Shown in pieces: positions 22,838 to 33,892 of a DNA stretch of 64,000 bases. Numbering within the stretch: the first letter of the stretch is position 1; every line of letters starts with the position of its first letter. Made by a program: the position numbers and the translations under genes. The notes below the pieces were generated by a model. The model worked only from the letters and a program-made list of their open reading frames with translations, did no database searches and was not told where the DNA came from. The stretch is taken from the NCBI GenBank assembly GCA_946965045.2, contig OX337242.1, positions 434,001 to 498,000 of the forward strand, given 5' to 3'. This DNA is from Epithemia pelagica (Eukaryota > Protista > Bacillariophyta).

Positions 22838-23676
22838 GGTCTCTAGTATGGAACTGTGATGATTCTGGGGGAAACACTCAATGGTTTTGGGGAGGGACAC
22901 GTTCGTACACACACACACACAGAGAGAAAGACCAGGCGCTTTTTTCTCTCTGCAAAGGAGGACGGTTGCTCCTCAACAATGGATTCGAGATCACAACGAG
23001 ACTGGACTGGCTGGTTCTTGCTTGTGTGTGTCTCTCAGTCTCTCTCTCTCTCTGTTGTGGTCTCTCTCACTCTCTCTTGTTGCCACTTGCAATAATAAGA
23101 TGGTTTTTTTGTTTTGGTGTGTGATCTTTGTGACGGAATGTGCTGCTTCCAGTGTGGAAATTACAAACTGGTTGGTCCCGTTTCGCGCCGGTAAGAATGG
23201 TTGGGAAAGAATTTCCAAGCCTTTCCAGTATAGAAAAAAGAGTGGGACTCTACTGCAATACACAAACTTATCGAGAGCGGACTCTTAACCATAATTGAAC
23301 CGAAAATTGAAAATATGTTTAAGACAGTGGGAACACTACTGAATTCCCAACACCTAACCAGTGAGACCAAAATTACCGCGCACGCCGCACTCAACGCACG
23401 ATATAGAGTATCCAACTCGTGATATCTCTATATGCAATTTCGCCCCCCGTTCCCCCAGGAAGCCTAGTTGTGTTGTTTCCACCTCCACCGCGGACGTTGC
23501 ACGTACAGCTCTCTCCATGCGTAACGTTTCGTTGCGGTTGGGGGCCATGACTCTCTACTAGCGACCACAGTGAGTCACTGATTTTATACGCGACCCATCC
23601 AGTCGCCCAAAAAACACTGCGCCACATCGACATCGGATCTTTTTTTGTTTTCTCGTTTGGACCATGAGACGAGGAG

Positions 23677-25395
23677 ATGGTGTGGTCTCGGCGTTCATCT
23701 TCTCTGGCAACGTTGTGGTGGAACCCAAACTCGTCGTCGTCGTCCGCCAAACGCTTGCCGAGAAATAACCTGTTTGCTTCCAATGATTGTTGGAAGGGAA
23801 TAGCCCTCGTTTTGGTTACCGTGACGATTGGCTGGTGGCTCCGACACTCTTCTAGTCTGAACGAAAGAAGCATTCCTGGAAATGACGACGAGGACGACGA
23901 CAGTGTGGACGAAAAAGACCTACGGTCCAATCAAGACACCCATCCTTCGTTTCAAGCGAGTCAAAGACAAAAACCCAATAGCCGGTCATCGTGGTCGTGG
24001 CTATCATTGCCTTCATGGTTCCGTTCGAGCGACCGTACCACAACAGCCAGCAACAATCCAAAAAATACGACGACAGAGAAGAAGAAGAATAAGAGTTGTA
24101 CTCGAAACCGACAAATCGGATCCGACATTTCTTCGTCACAATCGCCACCACCGCATTTGCAACTGCCGTCACATTTGGAACGCCAATTGGCCAAGGACCG
24201 TCGACGAATCGAATTGCAATCCGTCTTTAGTATGAAAAAACCCATGTATGACAATATCTTCATGTACGATCCTCAAGGGACCTTGTTGTGTACCATTTCC
24301 CTCAAAAAGGCCACCTGGTATGTCGATACCAAACACTTGGCCGTGTGGCTGGACGAGCCGCCACCCAATCCCAATCATCAGACGACCAACTCGGAACACG
24401 ACGTTACGAATAAAAACAACAAGAACAAGACCATCCAAACGAACCACAATACTACAAAGAAGAAGAAGAAGTACATTCAATTGCTCTTTCAACCCAACAC
24501 CAACAAACACCAGGCCGCGTCGTCCTCCTCGTCCTCCCAAGACCCTACTAGTACAAGCATGAAATCGTACAATCAATCGGCCAAGATGAATCAATGTGTC
24601 ATTTGTGGATCGACCGAGCATTATATGCGTCATTACGTGGTTCCCTATTGTTATCGAACCTTGTTTCCGGCACAGTACAAGACGCATGTTCCACACGATG
24701 TCGTCTTGGTCTGTGCCGCCCACTGTCGCGTCCCCGTCGAACAAGCCACACAAGAACGCAAAAAACACTTGGAACAACGTTTGCGTCAACAACACGAACA
24801 ACGAGAGCGAGAACGAAAACAAGGACATGGTACCATGCACATCAATACATCCTTTCCTTACCTGATTGACAAGGAACGCCAAAGTATTGCCAGTAGTGCC
24901 CAAGCCTTGTTGAAATGGAAACACCAATTGCCTCCATCCCGACAAGTGGAATATGGACAACGACTACAAGAGTGGATGCACAAGACACAACCACCACAAA
25001 CCCAATCACCCGAATCTGCAATGGGCAATGATGCCAACGAAACAACAGACTCGGTCACCCACCTATTGAATGACACGGTGGTATTGCAGGAATTGAGTCA
25101 ATTGGAATTTCGTCGTCCCAATCCTCACTACATTTCCGGTCCGGAATTGGTACACCGCTGGCTATTCCGAAGGGAATCCTCCTCTTCCGCCACCACCACT
25201 ACTCAAGACGACCATCATCATCCGGATCACGATCGGATTGCGGGATTTATTCGAGACTGGCGACAACACTTTTGCGAGACGCATCATCCTCGGTATTTGC
25301 CAAAAGGATGGAGTGTGGAAAGTCCCGTCATGTGCGATTCACGAGGTAAAGACGACGACAACAACAACAACAAGAACGCTAACCACAAAGACTAG
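23677..25395 (+). CDS. EXD2-like protein: N-terminal TM anchor plus the EXD2 C-terminal HNH-like/zinc region, with no 3'-5' exonuclease domain
   Basis: KKPMYDNIFMYDPQGTLLCTISLKKATWYV, QLLFQP, NQCVICGSTEHYMRHYVVPYCYRTLFP...KTHVPHDVVLVCAAHC and FIRDWRQHF...PRYLPKGWSV parallel the human EXD2 C-terminus. Confidence 0.8.
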   Translation: MVWSRRSSSLATLWWNPNSSSSSAKRLPRNNLFASNDCWKGIALVLVTVTIGWWLRHSSSLNERSIPGNDDEDDDSVDEKDLRSNQDTHPSFQASQRQKPNSRSSWSWLSLPSWFRSSDRTTTASNNPKNTTTEKKKNKSCTRNRQIGSDISSSQSPPPHLQLPSHLERQLAKDRRRIELQSVFSMKKPMYDNIFMYDPQGTLLCTISLKKATWYVDTKHLAVWLDEPPPNPNHQTTNSEHDVTNKNNKNKTIQTNHNTTKKKKKYIQLLFQPNTNKHQAASSSSSSQDPTSTSMKSYNQSAKMNQCVICGSTEHYMRHYVVPYCYRTLFPAQYKTHVPHDVVLVCAAHCRVPVEQATQERKKHLEQRLRQQHEQRERERKQGHGTMHINTSFPYLIDKERQSIASSAQALLKWKHQLPPSRQVEYGQRLQEWMHKTQPPQTQSPESAMGNDANETTDSVTHLLNDTVVLQELSQLEFRRPNPHYISGPELVHRWLFRRESSSSATTTTQDDHHHPDHDRIAGFIRDWRQHFCETHHPRYLPKGWSVESPVMCDSRGKDDDNNNNKNANHKD

Positions 25396-25443
25396 CAAAC
25401 ATGGAGCCACCCCCCACGAAATGGTTTCTCCTCGAAACACAAC

Positions 25444-25455
25444 AGAGATAGAGAT

Positions 25456-25486
<31 letters not shown>
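25444..25486 (+). repeat. Compound (AGAGAT)n(AG)n microsatellite
   Basis: Direct inspection of the sequence. Confidence 0.9.
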
Positions 25487-26214
25487 AGGCTTGGCGAACA
25501 GGAGGACGGTTGTGCATGCAGCAATCATTTCCAGTGATGGGTTCTCTCGCTTTTGCTCTCTATCGATTGACGTCCATTGCCCCTAGTGACTCCTTCAGGA
25601 AGAACTGTGGTCGTTTCCACGGCATTGCGAAAGGTGCACCTCGTGCTCTAAAACATGAGTAACTGCACCAACGAAATAGAAGCACAGATGCGCACGAATC
25701 ATGGTATTCACACGACACGAATGCTCAGCATCCATTGTGTTACGACCGAAACGCGATGCGTGATGGATGTGGATCGGTCCGTACCACGCTCACAAGCACC
25801 TCATTTGGTGCCCAGGGTCGCTCGCTGGAAAGACCAGTCCGTTTGTTACGCACGACTAGATCGAACCAAGTCCACGGACAGAGAGATGCGATGTCATGCC
25901 ATTCACCAAAAGAGCGTGCACAGCATCCGTTCCGTGATGGATGTGGATGGGTCGAATTTTGGTGGACCCGGATCACTCCTCTGTGAAATGTACAACCAGC
26001 CTCCACAGTGTGTGATGTGGAAACGAAGATAAACCAAGCGTATGATGGGAAAAACAATAGAAACGAAAAGCTTCTAAGCTGCACCAGAGGAACCACGCCC
26101 CTCACACGACTTGGGGTCCACGTAGAGTTGTCTTGTCGCTGCCACAAAAAACCTGTGCATCGTTTCGAGAAGAAGGACTTTATGACCTGTAAAACGTAAA
26201 TTCCACCATCCACA

Positions 26215-27285
26215 ATGAACATCCACGAACAAGCGTTCTTGTCTGGATTGCTCTTTGCCGACGACAAAGACAAACTACAACCGCAATGGAGGCCATCCTC
26301 ATGGCCTCCCCTTTTGGGAGGGCATCGGTCGGGCCACGCGTCGGTTGTTGTACAACCTTCACGCAGGAACCGCGAAGAAGTTCTGGTCGTGTTGGGAGGA
26401 CGTTTCCAGAACTCCGGCCGTACAGATTCGGTTATTTTTTTAAACATTGAAAGTAAGAAGTGGCAAGAAGGACCTGCCATGAATGACAAACGAACACGCC
26501 ATGCTTCTGTGGTATGCAATGGCTTGGTCTATGCCATTGGCGGATCTAACTCATCCCAATTGGATACTATTGAACGTATTCCTATCAAGGATTTGCTTAC
26601 TTCATCGTCCCCTTCCAACACTAGCAACAAGGGATGGACGACATTGGATTGTCGGTTGTCTACGCGACGATATAGATGCGCTGCTGCTGTTGTCCGTGAC
26701 AGATTCATTGTGGTGGCGGGGGGATACAATGGAAGCGATGTTGTATCATCTGTGGACATTATCAACACATCCTGTGGAAATCCATGTTCGGTTATTCCTG
26801 GACCTCCGTTGATACAAGCTCGATATTGTTTTGGCATGGCTGTGATTCGCCAACAGATATATGTTGTTGGTGGGAAATATTTTCGCAGTTCCCTCAGTTC
26901 TATTGAATATTCCGAATTGGATGACTTGTTTGACAATACAACAGAGTCCTGGACGACCCACGAGCATCTTTGTCTAGGCACACCTCGATATGGACATGGT
27001 ATAGTTCATGTGGGATCCTGTCTTGTTGTTGCAGGAGGATGCACGAACCGCGGTGACGCTTGCTCTTCGGTGGAAGTTCTTGATACTGCGAAGAACATTG
27101 TGTTGTTGAGAATTCCGGACATGAGAGATATGAGGTATCATTTCAGCATGGTTTCCTGGTCGAACGGTATTGCAGTGATTGGTGGGTCGAGCAATAGGAG
27201 AAATACGTGTGAAACACTGTCACTGGTGGACAAGAACCATGGACTATTTGCTCGTTTGTTAGCAATTGGGAAAATTCCAACCTAA
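26215..27285 (+). CDS. Kelch-repeat beta-propeller protein, copy 1 (about 6 blades, no BTB or F-box)
   Basis: Repeated R-x-x-H...(V/A)xGG...(V/I)E motifs: VLGGR, AIGGS, VAGGY, VVGGK, VAGGC, VIGGS. Confidence 0.93.
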   Translation: MNIHEQAFLSGLLFADDKDKLQPQWRPSSWPPLLGGHRSGHASVVVQPSRRNREEVLVVLGGRFQNSGRTDSVIFLNIESKKWQEGPAMNDKRTRHASVVCNGLVYAIGGSNSSQLDTIERIPIKDLLTSSSPSNTSNKGWTTLDCRLSTRRYRCAAAVVRDRFIVVAGGYNGSDVVSSVDIINTSCGNPCSVIPGPPLIQARYCFGMAVIRQQIYVVGGKYFRSSLSSIEYSELDDLFDNTTESWTTHEHLCLGTPRYGHGIVHVGSCLVVAGGCTNRGDACSSVEVLDTAKNIVLLRIPDMRDMRYHFSMVSWSNGIAVIGGSSNRRNTCETLSLVDKNHGLFARLLAIGKIPT

Positions 27286-29907
27286 CCATAGGACGGTCCA
27301 CTCGGAACGATATCAGCAGAAGATCGGGGTTTTTGACATTGCGCCACCTCTGTTAAAATAAACCACAACTAACCAAAGAATGTGTCTCTTGGGTAAAACG
27401 CACAGAGAATAGACTTTTGCGATTCTCATGTGTCTATTCTGTACTTTTTCCAGAATGACGGCGCATCTACGTCACCAGAACTCACTACAATGTCCAAGAT
27501 GTAGATGGTTTGGTTGCAATCTGATGCATCTGCCATGGTTCAATCTTCGCCTCAAGGAGTGTTTTGGGGTTGGGCTTTTGGAATCATGATCGCTGCTCTT
27601 TGGCGAGGTTGAGAGCAAAACGCACATCATTACGATTCCCTGATGAGAACGATGCCAACATGTCATCATGTAAAGTCCATAAAATCCAATCCTCCCCCTC
27701 CTCATTGTCATCATGAGTGCTGGAACAAACTATCTATTCTGTTTCATCCTCATTATAGTTGTCCCGGATGACCTCTAGTACGAGAGGCCAAACAGTGACG
27801 CATACGCCTATATAGAGAGCCCTTGAAGTCCCGTTTCGGTTGTGACTTGGATGAAGTCGAATGAGAGCAAGGCAGTGTCATTGTGATTCCCCTCAAAGAC
27901 GGATACCCACGGTATTTCATCGTCCTCGTGGAGCCAACAATTCCAGGTGGGTGGTATCGAGCATCGTCGAAACGTTCGAGGGTCGTCGCACGGAATTCCC
28001 ATATTGTAGGCTTTGAATCGCTGCGTAAATTCAATTATTGGAATCAATCGAAACGTCATCTATAAGCCCGTAATGGGACGCATCGCCATCATTTCAGAAC
28101 CCAAATTCAGATCAGGTTTCCTCTCAATGAATCAGTGAATGTAGCTGCTCCATATACAGAGCAGTCTGTCTCCTCCATGTCAAGACAGTGTACATGAATG
28201 GCTGTATAAAGATTGACGGTGGTGGGGAGTCTTGCAATGATGGACTTAGATTTTGCATCGGCTCCACAAGAAACGAAACAAGCCCTTGACCATTAAAGAA
28301 ATCGGAGCAACGACCAAACCCGCACTTACCGAGATTCCGCTGAGAACCGGATTGGCGATCACTTGGGTGTAGGAACTTTGTTGAAAATTGCCGGGTTTCT
28401 TGCAATCCAAACGTCAATTCCAAACGCAAATTCCAGAAACCAGATTGATTGCATATAACAACACTATCCAAAGGAGCAGTAGAGCTGCCAATTCGACAAC
28501 TCAGTAGGACACAGAGACTATTGTCGCTTCTCTTCACGATGCCAGATTCACTCGACCACCGTCTGTTATTACTAGCACGGTCGTTACTGGGTATTCCCAA
28601 CAAGATAGCGATAATGGCCAACCATTATCTTTATCTTCTGGGGAATACCCAGTAACGACTAGGTAGCTTATTCAATACGGTGGGATTCCCGGCGGCAAAA
28701 AGAAAACTCTATTCCACTGTTGTCGTGGGGTAAGTTGAATGATATATAACGCAAGAATGGCAACAAACGAGAACGATTGTCGAACCATGGTTGGAGCCGC
28801 AATCTCGAGAGCAACGAAAAGGGACCGTGTGAGCAAGTTGCTGTGGTTCCCTCGTGTCCAATGGAACGGTGTATGTGTGTGGCTCGGCTGCTGGTGGTTC
28901 TGTCCAAACCCTGTATATCCACATTCTCTCTCTAGGATTACTTCTCCATGATATCCGACGTGTGGACCCATAAGGCCTTCAACGCAGGCTGATTGTCGAT
29001 TTTGTTGGAACAAAGGAGCGAGCTCTTTCAGATAATGTGGCAGCGCTATTACGTCTACATAAAATACGAGAATGTCGCCATGCTCTATTTCTCGGATTAT
29101 AACGCCTCTCGTCGATTCTACTTCTACTTTTTACATCCGTTGAAGGCGCCCTATAGATTTGTTTCGCCGACTCTACGGCGTCTGGCTGTGGTGCGCCTCT
29201 CTACTCTAGAGTTCGGCGGACGGACGGATTGGACTGGGAGAAGACAATGGCACCACTGATTCTGATGCGTTGCGCTATGCACCAAGTAGATCGTCTCTTG
29301 CTTTCTTGTTCTGTAATTCCCTCTAGGAGAGACCGTGCGATCCGAATTCGGGGACCACTGGCTGCTGGGTGATCAAGTCTTGTAAAAAATTGTGTAAGAG
29401 AAGATGGTTTGTTACCTTTGGAACCGGTCAATTCTACAAGGCATGAGAGGCCTGTCTGGAACTTGAGCTCCTCCGGTTCTCCCACTGGTTGCGACACACG
29501 CAGTTGCTTCATGCGCTATTGCTCATGCATACTCCGTGTCATCACCAAAACGCAATGGATGATGGATATGGACCGGTCCATGCCACGCTCACGTCCCGCT
29601 GTGTTGAATGAAATTCTTTCCAGCACCTCTTTTGTAAAGGTTTTGCTCCCTGGCTTCCCCTACCAATCATTGGTATCCACGGACAGCGAAATGGGATTCA
29701 CCAGAACGAGCATGCACAGAATCCGTGCCACAACACAAACTCGTTGGGTTTTGGATGTGGATCGATTTGCATTTGTTTTGGATGTGGATCGGTCGGATTC
29801 TTGAGGTTGAGATAATTTTCCAAAATTAGTCGGAGCGGTCCACAAAGTTATCCACAAAAAACCTGTGGATCGTTTCGTTCGTTCAAACAAAAATTCTACC
29901 ATTTACC

Positions 29908-30975
29908 ATGAACACCCACAAACAAGCATTCTTGTCTGGAATGGTCTTTGCCGACGAAAAAGACAAACCAAAACCGCAATGGAGGCCACCCCCTTGGCCT
30001 CAGCTTTTAGGAGGGCGTCGGTCGGGCCACGCGTCAGTCGTTGTACATCCTTCCAGCAGGAACCGCGAAGAAGTTCTGGTCGTGATGGGAGGACGTTTGC
30101 GAGACTACGGCCGAACAGATTCTGTAATTCATTTGAACATTGAAAGTAAGAAGTGGCAAGAAGGGCCTGCCATGAATGAAAAACGAAGACGCCATGCTTC
30201 TGTGGTATGCAATGGCTTGGTCTATGCCATTGGCGGATCTAACTCATCCCAATTGGATACTATTGAACGTATTCCTATCAAGGATTTGCTTACTTCATCA
30301 TCCCCTTCCAACATTCACAAGAAGGGATGGACGACATTGGATTGTCGTTTGTCGACGCGACGATATGGATGCGCTGCTGCTGTTGTCCATGACAGATTCA
30401 TTGTGGTGGCGGGGGGATACAATGGAAGCGATGTTGTATCATCTATGGACATTATCAACACATCATGTGGAAATCCATGTTCGGTTATTCCTGGACCTCC
30501 GTTGATACAAGCTCGATATTGTTTTGGCATGGCTGTGATTCGCCAACAGATATATGTTGTTGGTGGTCGTTCTTTTTCTCGTGGCCTGAGCTCCATTGAA
30601 TATCTCGAATTGGATGACTTGTTTGACAATACAACAGAGTCCTGGACGACCCACGAGCGTCTTAGTCTAGACACACCTCGATATGGACATGGTGTAGTCC
30701 AAGTGGGATCATGTCTTGTTGTTGCTGGAGGATTCCCCAACACTTGCGCTTCTGTGGAAGTTCTAGATACTGTGAAGACCATGGTGCTTTGGAGGATTCC
30801 TGCTATGAGAGATACGAGGTATAATTTGAGCATGGTTTCCTGGTCGAAAGGTATTGCAGTGATTGGTGGGTCTAGCGATAAGAGCAATACGTGTGAAACA
30901 CTGTCACTGGTGGACAAGAACCATGGACTATTTGCTCGTTTGTTAGCAATTGGGAAAATTCCAACACCTCACTAG
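29908..30975 (+). CDS. Kelch-repeat beta-propeller protein, copy 2
   Basis: Paralog of 26215..27285 with long identical stretches (e.g. NGLVYAIGGSNSSQLDTIERIPIKDLLTSSSPSN). Confidence 0.93.
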   Translation: MNTHKQAFLSGMVFADEKDKPKPQWRPPPWPQLLGGRRSGHASVVVHPSSRNREEVLVVMGGRLRDYGRTDSVIHLNIESKKWQEGPAMNEKRRRHASVVCNGLVYAIGGSNSSQLDTIERIPIKDLLTSSSPSNIHKKGWTTLDCRLSTRRYGCAAAVVHDRFIVVAGGYNGSDVVSSMDIINTSCGNPCSVIPGPPLIQARYCFGMAVIRQQIYVVGGRSFSRGLSSIEYLELDDLFDNTTESWTTHERLSLDTPRYGHGVVQVGSCLVVAGGFPNTCASVEVLDTVKTMVLWRIPAMRDTRYNLSMVSWSKGIAVIGGSSDKSNTCETLSLVDKNHGLFARLLAIGKIPTPH

Positions 30976-31700
30976 AGGAAGGTCCACGCGGAAGGATATC
31001 AGCGGAAGATCGGGGGGTTTGACATCGCGCGATCAACCTCTGCGTGAATATTCTCTATCGTTTGTAAAACGCACCGATAATTAACTTTTGCGATTCTCAT
31101 GTGTATAGTACTTTTTCTAGAATGACGGCACATCTATTTCACCAGAACGCACTAGATTGCCCAAGATATACATGGTTTGGTCACAATCTGATGCATCTGC
31201 CCCGGATGACCTCTAGTAGGAGAGGATGTACAATGACGCAAACCTCTAGATAGAGTGTCCTTGAAGTACCGTTTCGGTTGCGACTTGGATGAAGTCGAAT
31301 GAGAGCGAACCAGTGCCATTGTGATTCCCCTCCAAGACCGATACCCACAGTTGTCATTGTTCTCGTCCGACTCTCCTTGGCCAAAATACTAGGAGTAGGG
31401 ACTGGTCCTTGGGGAGTTTAGGGGGTAGCTAGCTGATGCGGTGACGGGACTCACTCTGGACATGGGTCCCTTTTCGGTCGCAGATTTTGAATCGTCTCCC
31501 GGCCTTTTTTTCTTACAATGAACCAATGCGATTAAAGAGAATGGCAACGGCCAGCACAACCACAACCAGAACAACAACACTGGAGTTCTTGACAACAAAA
31601 GAAAAAGCGAGAGAAACGGCACCGGAGAATCCTTGACAGATGAAGGAGGAAACGGTTTTGGCGACTATTCTCTCTTCTTCACCAATCGCCAGAGAATCCC

Positions 31701-33641
31701 ATGTCGCCATGGACGATGCGAAATCCGAGAACAAGCAGCAGCAGCAGCAGCAGCGCATCCATGAACCAAAGAAACGTTCCCCCTTCTTCTTCTTATTGTT
31801 GTTGGAGTAGAACTGGTCGTCGTCCTCGAGGTGCTGGTGCTTTCTCAGCATGCAACGACAACAAATGTTTCAAGTCGTCCTTGTATGACTGGACAAATCA
31901 TGAACGACCACGGCGTCGACATCGACCATCGTCGTTGGTCTGGAGAAGAGTCATTCTCTTGTTGGTATGGATCATGGTATTCCTGACGGGCAGTGTGGCA
32001 ATAAGTGGATTTCTTGTCCTTGTCACATGGGTCGATCCACTCATTGACGACTACAGCAGCAACAACAATGTGATGGCAACAGCAATATCATTCACAGGGA
32101 CACATCCAACGGTTGTCAAAGAGGAGGAGGAGGACGACTCACGAGCCGTAGTACCTCTGGTTTGTATCGAACACCATCAAGTCCAATCATGGCGCATTGT
32201 GCATCACGCTGCGACTGCCCATGGCGTGTTGAGTGTTCTGAATGCGTCCCTGTATTGTGGTGTTGGCACCCCAAAGATGAATTCATCCGTACTGCCCGAG
32301 CAAGAAGAACAACCACAACGACAACGACGACGAACCTTTCATCGATATTGGCAAGAAACAAAGCCAGTTGCACCGAATCATTATCATGATCAAGCACCAG
32401 AGTTCTTGCCTCGGGATGACGACATTCAAGCCCTCTATGGATCCAAGCCCGTGATTTTGCAACAGCACTGGGGTGGTGGTGGTGCTCGTCGTCCAACCAT
32501 GGCCGGCATGGAGACGGGGTGGTTGGGATCATGGTCGTCCAACCACAACGACAACGACAACAACGATCCCCCGTTTTTGGTGCCACACATTGTCGGCTTG
32601 TACAATTCCGGTACCAATGCCTTGGCCCAATTGTTGTATGCCAATTTCCCTCAATTGACCAAAACAACTGGAAGCGGCAGCTGCCAACACTCTACAAACC
32701 ATACGACGTCAACCATGGATATTGATTCCTACAAACATTATCCAAAATCCCTCCAACCGTTCTTTCACAACCAGCAGCAAACGAACGTGTTGCGTCTAGT
32801 CTTGGTGCGGGATCCCTATCGTTGGATGCAAAGTACCTGCCGCAGCCCGTACGATTTGATTTGGGTGTCTCATCACGACGACGAGCCGCCGATTCAACAA
32901 ACAAAGACAACGAAGGACCAACCGCCACCCGTGGTAGTTCCTCCACCCCATTACAACCGCAAGTGTTTGGATCGGTATCCTCCCCATTCGCAAGCTGGCG
33001 TGTCGTGGACCTTGGCATCCCCACCACCATCATCGGATATTACGAAGAACCATGAGGAGGGAGCGACTACTACTACTTCTACGAGTATTCCTAGTAGTAG
33101 TACTTTGACTATGCAGTATCCATCCTTGCCGCAACTGTGGAGTGGTTGGAATGGCGACTACATGGCACACAATGCCATGACTGCCTCCTCCTCCTCCCAA
33201 ACAGACATGCCTACCTTGGTGATTCGATTTGAAGATTTGCTTTTCCATGCAGATACTGTTTTGACTGCCATTGCCAATTGTACAGGATTGCAACGCACTG
33301 AAACACTGGTTTATCCCTGGAATCGCAGCAAAACACATGGCACCAACACCTATCGGTTAGAGACAATTCGACGACAACAGCGACACCACGGAAACGACAC
33401 ACTCCGTCCACCCAATGCATCTACCGCAAAAGCATCAACGCAATGGCCCCTGGGTGGCTTTGTCCACGTGTTGATGCAAACGGGACGCAAGGCCGGACGA
33501 TTGACAGGCTTGTCAGCGGGATTTTTCAATTATACGATACAGCAACACGGATTGGATGCCACTCTTCTGCATCAATTGCATTATTCCATCCCGACCTGGG
33601 AGGATTGGAAACAAGACAACCCATCATTTGACCCGAACTGA
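31701..33641 (+). CDS. Type-II membrane sulfotransferase-like protein (P-loop PAPS-binding fold)
   Basis: TM segment VILLLVWIMVFLTGSVAISGFLVLV; 5'-PSB GLYNSGTNAL; YKH; 3'-PB VLVRDPYRWMQSTCRSPY; YPSLPQLWSGWN; LVIRFEDLL. Confidence 0.85.
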   Translation: MSPWTMRNPRTSSSSSSSASMNQRNVPPSSSYCCWSRTGRRPRGAGAFSACNDNKCFKSSLYDWTNHERPRRRHRPSSLVWRRVILLLVWIMVFLTGSVAISGFLVLVTWVDPLIDDYSSNNNVMATAISFTGTHPTVVKEEEEDDSRAVVPLVCIEHHQVQSWRIVHHAATAHGVLSVLNASLYCGVGTPKMNSSVLPEQEEQPQRQRRRTFHRYWQETKPVAPNHYHDQAPEFLPRDDDIQALYGSKPVILQQHWGGGGARRPTMAGMETGWLGSWSSNHNDNDNNDPPFLVPHIVGLYNSGTNALAQLLYANFPQLTKTTGSGSCQHSTNHTTSTMDIDSYKHYPKSLQPFFHNQQQTNVLRLVLVRDPYRWMQSTCRSPYDLIWVSHHDDEPPIQQTKTTKDQPPPVVVPPPHYNRKCLDRYPPHSQAGVSWTLASPPPSSDITKNHEEGATTTTSTSIPSSSTLTMQYPSLPQLWSGWNGDYMAHNAMTASSSSQTDMPTLVIRFEDLLFHADTVLTAIANCTGLQRTETLVYPWNRSKTHGTNTYRLETIRRQQRHHGNDTLRPPNASTAKASTQWPLGGFVHVLMQTGRKAGRLTGLSAGFFNYTIQQHGLDATLLHQLHYSIPTWEDWKQDNPSFDPN

Positions 33642-33722
33642 GAATAACGCTTTCTTGTGTGTGTGGCAGTCATGAAATTGTTGGGAATGGAACCAATCTC
33701 TCTCTCCAGAGTAGTATTAATA

Positions 33723-33892
33723 CTTCCCGGTGTCGAGTCCTTTCAAGGAGGGACCGCCCGGCGCGGAGGGTAGGATGACGAGGAGGGCAATGGTCGAGGA
33801 GGGCGCACGCCCGACAAGACAATTGCCCGTCGAGTCATTCTCCCGACAAGCCGGGCGCGCCCGACGCGAGAGGACGGCCAGACACAGGGAAG
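33723..33892. mobile_element. 170-bp GC-rich MITE-like element, Tc1/mariner (Stowaway-like) TA target
   Basis: TA|CTTCCCGGTGTC ... GACACAGGGAAG|TA: 12-bp TIR with 1 mismatch and flanking TA. GC-rich interior with repeated cccgacaag and cgcccgac. No coding capacity. Confidence 0.65.

Larger units (their letters stand above)
25700..31350 (+). repeat. Tandem segmental duplication of a Kelch gene with flanks (about 25700-27920 and about 29480-31350)
   Basis: Shared 5' motifs (gatggatgtggatcggtcc...ccacgctcac; cacaaaaaacctgtg), near-identical CDS and shared 3' flank. Copy 2 lacks about 240 bp between gatgcatctgcc and cccggatgacctctagta. Confidence 0.85.
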
